Under the pieces are notes generated by a model that saw only the letters and a list, made by a program, of their open reading frames with translations, was not told the DNA's origin and did no database searches. A program made the translations under genes and the position numbers. Source: Planctomycetaceae bacterium (GTDB taxonomy: Bacteria > Planctomycetota > Planctomycetia > Pirellulales > Pirellulaceae). Taken from it: a stretch of DNA of 49,657 bases. Location of the stretch: contig PADE01000179.1 of NCBI GenBank assembly GCA_002702965.1, positions 1-49,657 on the forward strand. The letters are read 5' to 3'. Shown one piece after another: positions 43,025-49,657 of the stretch. Each line of letters begins with the position of its first letter. Positions within the stretch are counted from its first letter, which is position 1.

Positions 43025-43229
43025 TGTGCGCACTGTAGATGCGGGATTACCTTACTAGGCAATCCGCGCGCCAAACGCGACGAGAGAATTCTAAGTGATG
43101 GTTTAATTAGAACTTACGGGTGCCGAGAGAGTTGTCTCTGGAGCTTTGATCGACTAAGCTGGCATTAACTTGGTTGAACCGTGAAACGAGCCTGCCAATT
43201 TGACAGGTGAAGCGAAAGAGGAGTGGGAG

Positions 43230-44033
43230 ATGCCGATCCAGGTTGCATGTTCCTGCGGACAAAAGTTCTCGGCCAAGGACGAGTTGGCTGGCAAACGCGC
43301 AAAATGTCCTAAGTGCGGACAACCACTGGTGATCGGTGCCCTCGCCAAGGCGAAATCTGCCTCCTCCGATCCACTCGGCGGTTCCGGTGGTGTGAGCGGC
43401 TTGATGGATCAGGCCGGCTTTGAGAAGGCTGGTGGGACCGCCTGTCCCAAATGCAACGCGGGAATGCAGCGGGGCGCCGTCTTGTGTGTGGAGTGCGGCT
43501 ACCACCTCGAGACGGGTGAGGTACTCAAGACCAAGTTCCTCAAAGACGATGTGGAGGTCGACGATGGTTCGACCGTCGCGCTTCAGGGGATCAAGCTGAA
43601 GTCGAAGGGGAACGCCATCCTCGACCAGGCTCAGCGCGATTTCGTGCGCGAGAAGCTGTTGCAGGAGTCGGTCATGAAGACGGCACCGCTGTGGCTGATC
43701 GTCCTGGCGCTGGGAGTGTTTGTCGGATTTGTGGCGACCGTCATTGCCACCCCCGAAAAGCAGCGATCCGAGGCGGGCTTGATGTGGCAATACGGTGGGT
43801 TCGGGATGATTGGCCTCGCTTACCTGGGCCTGGTGTTTCAGGCATTTCGAGTTCGGCAAGCGGTTGGCTGGTTTACCGTTATTAGCGGCGGTCTGTATTT
43901 CTTGTTCGGCCGAAGGACCAAGGACCGGGCAACGTACGCGTATTACCTGGTCCTGCTGGCATTGTTTTCGATGGGCGCTGGCAAGTTGTTCGAATGGGTC
44001 AACGCGGATGTCGGGGGTGAGTTTGGTATTTGA
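43230..44033 (+). CDS. Double zinc-ribbon protein with C-terminal multi-TM domain
   Basis: ATG at 43230 follows GAGGAG. CSC-x17-CPKC and CPKC-x11-CVEC pairs, then about four hydrophobic helices (LWLIVLALGVFVGFVATVI, GGFGMIGLAYLGLVF, VGWFTVISGGLYFLF, YYLVLLALFSMGAG). Confidence 0.7.
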   Translation: MPIQVACSCGQKFSAKDELAGKRAKCPKCGQPLVIGALAKAKSASSDPLGGSGGVSGLMDQAGFEKAGGTACPKCNAGMQRGAVLCVECGYHLETGEVLKTKFLKDDVEVDDGSTVALQGIKLKSKGNAILDQAQRDFVREKLLQESVMKTAPLWLIVLALGVFVGFVATVIATPEKQRSEAGLMWQYGGFGMIGLAYLGLVFQAFRVRQAVGWFTVISGGLYFLFGRRTKDRATYAYYLVLLALFSMGAGKLFEWVNADVGGEFGI

Positions 44034-44176
44034 GTTTCGTCGAACCGTGGCAGCGAGGGTACGCTAAGAGCAGGGAGGATCCGGGTAGTGATCCAGGAAA
44101 TCTGGTCCGCTCGCGCCGGTGTTGGCTGCCGAACTGTCGTTTCGGACGGTTGCCAAAGGCGGTCAACCTCGCCGAC

Positions 44177-46153
44177 CTACTGCTTCGTCTCGGCGGCCGC
44201 CTCCAGCGCCGCGGGGATCCGATCGACGTCGTAGACACAACCGCCCCAGGTGCCTCCTCCCCACCGCTGCAGGGCGGCCCAGAGCCGTGTGTCGTCCGGC
44301 AATTCGGGATCGGGCCGAACGTCGGCGCGCAACGGACGTCCGGACAGCTCCTCGTCTGCCTGTTGGGGAGAGAATGACTGGGATGCGTTCCCGACCAGGT
44401 CGACCGATCCGGTGAGTGCGTTGCGATCGACCACGATCTGGATCTGGTCGCCGTCGCGCAGTTTTCCGACCGGCCCACCGGCCAACGCTTCGGGACCGAC
44501 GTGGCCGATACAGGCTCCCGTACTGACACCGGAGAAGCGGGCGTCCGTGAGGACGGCCACCTCGCGGCCCCAGGGAATAAACTTCAGTGCGGAGGTGATT
44601 TGATAGGTCTCCTCCATCCCCGAACCGAGTGGTCCGCGACCGATCAACACCAGAATGTCACCCGGCCCAATCGGGTCCGCCGTCTGTCCTTTGACCGCGG
44701 CGATCGCTGTTTTTTCGCTGGTGAACACGCGCGCCGGACCGGTGATTCGATAGACTCCGTCCTCGTCGACCACCGCCGGGTCGATCGCGGTTGCCTTGAT
44801 CACCGAGCCCTCGGGGCAGAGATTGCCGATCGGGAAACAAACGGTACTGGTCATGCCCCGCTGGTGGGCCAGATCGGGATGCAGGATGACTTCGTCCGGG
44901 TCGATGCCGTCCTGGTCGCGGAGCAGCTGCCGCACGCGTTTTCGCCGCTCGGACTGTTCCCACCAGTCGAGAGACTGGCCCAGGCTCACTCCGGCGACGG
45001 TCTGCGCGTCGAGGTCGAGCAACCCCAGTCGGGACAAATGCAGCATGACTTCCGGTACGCCACCGGCCAGGAAGACCCGTACGGTGGGGTGATTTGAGGG
45101 GCCGTTGGGCAGCACGTCGACGAACCGTGGGACGCTGCGGTTGACCGCATTCCAGTCGTCGACGGTGGGACGCCTCAGTCCGGCGGCGAAAGCGATCGCC
45201 GGCAGATGGAGCAGCAGATTGGTTGAACCTCCGAAGGCCGCGTGGACGACCATGGCGTTGCGGATGGAGGCGTCTGTCACAATCTGGCGGGTCGTCCGCG
45301 ATTGCTCTGCCAGTTTGCGCAACGCCGTCGCGCTGCGGACCGCGGTGTCGAGCCAGATCGGCTGCCCACTGGGAGCCAGCGCGGCGTGCGGTAGCGTCAA
45401 CCCGAGCGCTTCGCCGACGACTTGCGCAGTCGCCGCGGTCCCCAGGAACTGGCACCCTCCACCGGCAGTGGCGCAGGCGCGACACCCTGCCACGGCCGCC
45501 TCGTTCAGTGTGATTTCGCCGTGTGCGTAGCGGGCGCCGATACTCTGTACTTTGCCCGCATCCTCACCGTCGATCGGGGGTAGCGTGACCCCACCGGGGA
45601 CCAGCACGGTCGGCAAATCGGGCATACCGGCCAGGGCGATCATCATCGCCGGTAGCCCCTTGTCACAGGTTGCCACGCCGAGGACCCCCAGCCGCGTCGG
45701 CAGCGAACGAATAAGCCGGCGCAAGACGGTTGCCGCGTCGTTGCGGTATGGAAGGCTGTCGAACATTCCGGTCGTCCCCTGGCTGCGCCCGTCGCAGGGG
45801 TCGCTGCAGTAGGCGGCGAAGGGGAGACCACCTGCGGCCTTGATTTCTCGCGCGGCCGCTTCCACCAACAGGCCGACTTCCCAGTGCCCCGTATGATATC
45901 CCAACGCCACGGGTGTCCCGTCGGGCGCCCGCAGACCCCCCTGCGTCGACAGCAGGAGGTACTGCGGTCCCAGCATGTCCTCCGGCTTCCATCCCATTCC
46001 CGCGTTTTGCGTCATGCCGAACAGGTGGCCGCTGGGAGCGTGCCGGAGCGTCTCGTCGTCCAGCGGCAAAGCGCCGGCAGGTCCGGGTGCCTCGCTCTGA
46101 ATCGAAAAGATCGCGTCGTCCGAGGAATCGAGAAACGAGGGGAAATCGGACAT
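44177..46153 (-). CDS. yjhG: YjhG/YagF-type D-xylonate dehydratase (IlvD/Edd family)
   Basis: 658 aa from the ATG at 46151-46153 ([16 protein letters not shown]...). Family blocks: [82 protein letters not shown]. The size matches the roughly 655-aa enterobacterial enzymes. The 785-aa track ORF is an upstream extension into the divergent promoter region. Confidence 0.9.
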   Translation of the reverse strand: MSDFPSFLDSSDDAIFSIQSEAPGPAGALPLDDETLRHAPSGHLFGMTQNAGMGWKPEDMLGPQYLLLSTQGGLRAPDGTPVALGYHTGHWEVGLLVEAAAREIKAAGGLPFAAYCSDPCDGRSQGTTGMFDSLPYRNDAATVLRRLIRSLPTRLGVLGVATCDKGLPAMMIALAGMPDLPTVLVPGGVTLPPIDGEDAGKVQSIGARYAHGEITLNEAAVAGCRACATAGGGCQFLGTAATAQVVGEALGLTLPHAALAPSGQPIWLDTAVRSATALRKLAEQSRTTRQIVTDASIRNAMVVHAAFGGSTNLLLHLPAIAFAAGLRRPTVDDWNAVNRSVPRFVDVLPNGPSNHPTVRVFLAGGVPEVMLHLSRLGLLDLDAQTVAGVSLGQSLDWWEQSERRKRVRQLLRDQDGIDPDEVILHPDLAHQRGMTSTVCFPIGNLCPEGSVIKATAIDPAVVDEDGVYRITGPARVFTSEKTAIAAVKGQTADPIGPGDILVLIGRGPLGSGMEETYQITSALKFIPWGREVAVLTDARFSGVSTGACIGHVGPEALAGGPVGKLRDGDQIQIVVDRNALTGSVDLVGNASQSFSPQQADEELSGRPLRADVRPDPELPDDTRLWAALQRWGGGTWGGCVYDVDRIPAALEAAAETKQ

Positions 46154-46255
46154 CGCGGTTGCCCTCAGTTGGTCGCCGGTCGGCAGTCGTTTGGCAGACC
46201 TACCACGGTGCTCGGGACCGGCTCGTAACCCGTACCACCGCGCAGGAAACGACCG

Positions 46256-46264
46256 TGTTATAAT
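46256..46264 (+). promoter_or_regulatory. Candidate extended -10 promoter (TGTTATAAT) for MetE-like paralog 2
   Basis: A perfect TATAAT (46259-46264) is preceded by TGT, about 47 nt upstream of the ATG at 46311. There is no good -35, which is consistent with an extended -10 type. Confidence 0.35.
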
Positions 46265-46310
46265 GCGGCCCTGCCCCCCGTCCAATGGGCGCCCCATATC
46301 GAGGCCGCGG

Positions 46311-47450
46311 ATGCATGTCAGCCGCCCGGCTCCTCTGCCGCTGATTCCGGCGCAGGTCATCGGTTCGCTGCCGCGCCCGGCGATGGTCCGCGACCTGCTG
46401 GCGCAGCGTGACGTTTTGCCCCGTGGCGAATGGCAGGCGCGGATGGATGACTGTGTCCGCTTTGCGATCCACTTGCAGCAGCAGGCGGGTCTCGACATTG
46501 TCAGCGATGGGGAGTGGCGACGTACCCAGTACATTCATGAATTTCTCTTGCGGGTCGGTGGCTTTGACCGCTGCCGACGCTATCAACACCAGGGAGAATC
46601 TCGGCTCGGCCTGGTGGTCGTGCGGCGCATGCGGACCACGGATCCCGTCTTGGTTCGCGATGCGCAGTTCCTAGTCGACAATGCGCAGGCGACCACCAAG
46701 GTCGCGATTCCCAGTCCATTTTTGATCGCGGTACGTTACTGGCACGAGGATTACAGCCGGGAGGCCTATCCCACCCCCGATCACTTTCTCGAGCATCTGG
46801 CCGAGATCCTGGCCCGCGAGGCACATGCCCTGGCGGCGGCCGGAGTGCAAATCGTGCAGATTGACGATCCGGCGCTGGCCTATTTTTGCGACCGGCGGCT
46901 GACGTCCGGGCACACGATTCACGACGAGCGGCTGCGACGCGACTGGGACATCGATCGCCAGTTCCCGGGTGCCGTCGAGGCGATCAACCGCGTGTCTGCC
47001 GAGTTGGCGGTCGAGGTGCATTTGCATTGCTGTCACAGTGTCTCCAAACGACACAGCGATGTGCAGGGTGCTTACCGGCCGATTTTGTCCCGATTGTCCG
47101 GTCTGCGCGTCGACCAGCTGAACCTTGAATTCGCCTACCCCGATACGGGCGATGTGAGCGACCTGGAATACGTTCCAGAGGCATTTCGGGTCGGGATGGG
47201 CGTGGTCGATGTCCGCCGAGAACGGCTGCCGTCGGTCGATCAAATCGTGGCGCTAGCGCAGCAGGGAATCGACCGACTGGGAGCTCAGCGGATTGCGCTG
47301 AATCCCGACTGCGGTTTTGCCCCCGATGCGGGGGAGCCACCGACGATCGATGAGGCCTACACAAAACTCTGCCGACTGGTGGAGGCGGCCCACCGGTTGC
47401 GATCCCGTTGCGACGCGCTTTCCTCTGGAGCTGGCCGATCGGACTCGTGA
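46311..47450 (+). CDS. Standalone core-MetE-like Zn-dependent alkyltransferase, paralog 2
   Basis: [36 protein letters not shown] (H-x-C) and NPDCGF. ATG at 46311 follows GAGG. Confidence 0.85.
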   Translation: MHVSRPAPLPLIPAQVIGSLPRPAMVRDLLAQRDVLPRGEWQARMDDCVRFAIHLQQQAGLDIVSDGEWRRTQYIHEFLLRVGGFDRCRRYQHQGESRLGLVVVRRMRTTDPVLVRDAQFLVDNAQATTKVAIPSPFLIAVRYWHEDYSREAYPTPDHFLEHLAEILAREAHALAAAGVQIVQIDDPALAYFCDRRLTSGHTIHDERLRRDWDIDRQFPGAVEAINRVSAELAVEVHLHCCHSVSKRHSDVQGAYRPILSRLSGLRVDQLNLEFAYPDTGDVSDLEYVPEAFRVGMGVVDVRRERLPSVDQIVALAQQGIDRLGAQRIALNPDCGFAPDAGEPPTIDEAYTKLCRLVEAAHRLRSRCDALSSGAGRSDS

Positions 47451-47463
47451 GCCGCCCGCGAAC

Positions 47464-47485
47464 GGGATGGTGCCGCCGGCATCCC
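47464..47485. terminator. Candidate bidirectional hairpin between convergent genes
   Basis: GGGATG (47464-47469) pairs with CATCCC (47480-47485) around a 10-nt loop, in the 56-nt gap between the stops at 47450 and 47507. Confidence 0.25.
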
Positions 47486-47506
47486 CGCGGCGGGAAGCGG
47501 GTATTT

Positions 47507-49657
47507 CTAGCGCGCGGGGGCCTCCTTCAACGACTCCAAGAAAGAGAGCAGGTCGGCCACCTGCTCCGCCGTCATATCGCGCAGCAGCAACTCGGGCATC
47601 AACGATTTTTGTTGCGGTGCCGTGAACTCGACGTTCCCGGCGGAAATCCGAATCTGTTTTCCCTGTGCATCTTTGAGTACGGTTTCTTTTTCATTTTTTT
47701 CAACCAGCAAGCCGGTGTGAATCTGACCTTCTTTGGTTTCGACCAGGTAGGTCACGAACTTAGGATCGATCGTTTTGGAGGGCTCCAGGATACTTTCCAA
47801 CAGCCGCGCTCGATCGTATTTCTTGCCGATCTGTGCCAAGTCGGGGCCCACCGCTTGGCCGATATTCCCGACCCGATGACAACTCTTGCATTGCACGCTG
47901 CGGGCAGACGTGAACAACTGGCGGCCCCGAGCGGGATCGCCCACTCGGCGCAGCAGGTCTTCGGCGTCGACGACCGTTCCGAGCCGCTTGAGCCGTTTCT
48001 CGGCGGGCATGAATCGCTCAAACAAGTCGCGCACTTCCAGGATCTCGACCGCCGCGGCCAGGTCGATCACACGTTGGCGGATCTCGGAGGCGAACGCGCC
48101 GTCGTCGATTGCGCGGACCAGCAGCAGCGCACCGGTCGTCTGCGAAAGTAACTCTTGAACCTGTTTCTCAAATCGTTCATCCTCCGGCTTCTGATTCCGC
48201 AATCCGTCTAGCAAGGCGCGCTCCGCTGCACGCTGTCGTTGCACGGACGGAAGGGGTGCAGCCGGCGGCGTCTGCAACTGCTGGATCCAGTCGTGTATCA
48301 ACTTGAGCCCGCGCCGGTCGACGACGTGCGAACCAAAGTAGGGCATACGGCCCCGACCTGTCTTGGCGAGGCGGTAGTACAGCACGCTGCGGACAGGGTC
48401 GCCCGGAGCGATCACCGAAGCGGCCAGAATGCCAAAGGCGCCTTGGGTGGGTCGAGCATCGAGGAGGTTTGTCTCCTCAAGCGAGAGCGAGTAACGCACG
48501 TCCAGCGCCGCGGTCCCACCGCCGCCGCGGCGGTGGCAGTGGGCGCAATTGACATGCAGATAAGCTCGGGCGCGCTCGGTGAGACTGGCTCGCGGGTCGT
48601 GAGGCGAGGGCATCGTCGCGGCGTCGGCGGCGGGTGGCTGTCGAAAAACACCGATATGCGTCAGGGCGCGAAGTTGATTGTCGAGTGTTCCCTGATAATC
48701 GTGATCCCGGTTGAGTTGATCGACCTGGAACCCGTAGATCGAACCGCCGCGGGTCGTGTGGCAGAGCAGACATTCGCTGCGGCTGGCAAAATGGTACGAC
48801 TGTTGGGTTGTCCCTCCCGGAGCGGCCGGGTCTTTCACGCCAAAGGTTTGATCCCGACCCACGTCTTCCGCCAGAATCGCGTCGTTCTGCTCGTCATTCC
48901 AGACGTAGGAGTAGGCTTGCCAGCTGTCCTGATGGCGATGCAGGATCTGGGTTTCCAACCGCCGGCGACTGTCGGGATTGCCGCGCTCTAACTCCAGAGA
49001 AATGGTCTTCAGTAACACCGCGTCGTTGGGGAACTTCCAATGCCCCTGGATATATCCGGCCTGCACATTGGATTTGTCGTACCGCTCCAGTTGCGAGTTG
49101 CCGGGGAGAGCCACATAGCGCTCGGCCGACGCGTGGTCGGTCCAGGGTTCCGCGTTCACACTGTAGGGGATCACCCCCGGCGCCACCTTGTGGTCGGGCG
49201 TTGACGCGAACAACCCGGTGGCGCTCAGCCGCCGGGGAAAGTCCTCGTTGACTTGACTTTGCGCATTGGCGACCAACCGGTGTAAGGTGCCGTCGTAGCC
49301 GACGACGTACAGTTCGTTTTGACGGTCGGCACCGAAACAGATGATCTGCAGGGCCGTGTCAACCAGTTCGGTGAGCGCCGTCACGCGCTGACCGTCGTAC
49401 GCCGCACCCCAGATTTTTCCCGTCACATAGTCCCCGTAGACATAGCTTCCGACAAGATCGTCGAGCCGTGTACCGCGGTAAACGAGTCCCCCCGTAATCG
49501 AGCGGGCCTCGATATGAGAATGCGCGACGGTGGGGGGGAGAATCGGTGTCGGACCTCGCTGCCGCTCACGGTGTACCGGTTGGGGTCCCTCGACCAGACT
49601 CCATCCGTAGTTGCCGCCCCGCTCGACGCGGTAGACCATCTCCCATAATTCCCAGCC
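47507..49657 (-). CDS. Sugar-dehydrogenase-like beta-propeller fused to three CxxCH heme motifs (C-terminal TIGR02603-like heme-binding domain), 5' end cut by the window edge
   Basis: The frame stays open to the window end upstream of the track start at 49639. GNYGW propeller motif. CLLCH (48758..48772), CAHCH (48533..48547) and CKSCH (47876..47890). The C-terminal tail ...KSLMPELLLRDMTAEQVADLLSFL is typical of the Planctomycete/Verrucomicrobia heme-binding domain. Confidence 0.8.
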   Translation of the reverse strand, partial: GWELWEMVYRVERGGNYGWSLVEGPQPVHRERQRGPTPILPPTVAHSHIEARSITGGLVYRGTRLDDLVGSYVYGDYVTGKIWGAAYDGQRVTALTELVDTALQIICFGADRQNELYVVGYDGTLHRLVANAQSQVNEDFPRRLSATGLFASTPDHKVAPGVIPYSVNAEPWTDHASAERYVALPGNSQLERYDKSNVQAGYIQGHWKFPNDAVLLKTISLELERGNPDSRRRLETQILHRHQDSWQAYSYVWNDEQNDAILAEDVGRDQTFGVKDPAAPGGTTQQSYHFASRSECLLCHTTRGGSIYGFQVDQLNRDHDYQGTLDNQLRALTHIGVFRQPPAADAATMPSPHDPRASLTERARAYLHVNCAHCHRRGGGGTAALDVRYSLSLEETNLLDARPTQGAFGILAASVIAPGDPVRSVLYYRLAKTGRGRMPYFGSHVVDRRGLKLIHDWIQQLQTPPAAPLPSVQRQRAAERALLDGLRNQKPEDERFEKQVQELLSQTTGALLLVRAIDDGAFASEIRQRVIDLAAAVEILEVRDLFERFMPAEKRLKRLGTVVDAEDLLRRVGDPARGRQLFTSARSVQCKSCHRVGNIGQAVGPDLAQIGKKYDRARLLESILEPSKTIDPKFVTYLVETKEGQIHTGLLVEKNEKETVLKDAQGKQIRISAGNVEFTAPQQKSLMPELLLRDMTAEQVADLLSFLESLKEAPAR

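Overview
GC-rich (by eye about 60%) chromosomal segment. The gene content points to Planctomycetota, probably Pirellulales-like: PSCyt-type cytochrome c fusions, DUF1080, an FGE-sulfatase-domain protein, a TIGR02603-like C-terminal heme domain and large MoxR/VWA clusters. I support 33 protein-coding genes, two of them truncated by the window edges. I found no rRNA, tRNA, CRISPR array, integrase or transposase.

Main observation: the left 21.4 kb (1..21361) is one co-directional minus-strand array of 12 genes. It is built from two paralogous modules, each MoxR AAA+ / DUF58 / BatA_N+VWA / VWA+GATase-like membrane protein. These surround single copies of a 1324-aa DUF4175-like coiled-coil protein, a terpenoid-cyclase-fold protein, a secreted orphan and a tandem-DUF4159 protein. 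The array carries six intact DxSxS MIDAS motifs and two AAA+ motors. It is an expanded relative of the mechanistically unexplained Bat/MoxR-VWA operons, and it is my top candidate for an undescribed system.

The remaining genes are:
- two standalone core-MetE-like Zn-alkyltransferase paralogs, one in an operon with an NAD epimerase and one divergent from a YjhG/YagF-type xylonate dehydratase
- rlmKL and rsmE
- DUF1080, an MMPL exporter and an ABC-2 exporter pair
- a four-domain redox fusion: thioredoxin-like + cytochrome c + PHM/DBH-like copper monooxygenase + 2 EF-hands
- an SDR, an FGE-domain protein and several secreted orphans
- groES-groEL followed by a textbook intrinsic terminator and then a membrane-anchored WD40 protein
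- a double zinc-ribbon membrane protein
- a beta-propeller dehydrogenase with three CxxCH motifs, truncated by the right edge

Limits: all domain calls come from motif recognition by eye, not HMM searches. I checked start codons manually against the sequence. The ORF track translates GTG/TTG starts as M. Promoter and terminator calls are low confidence, except the terminator after groEL.
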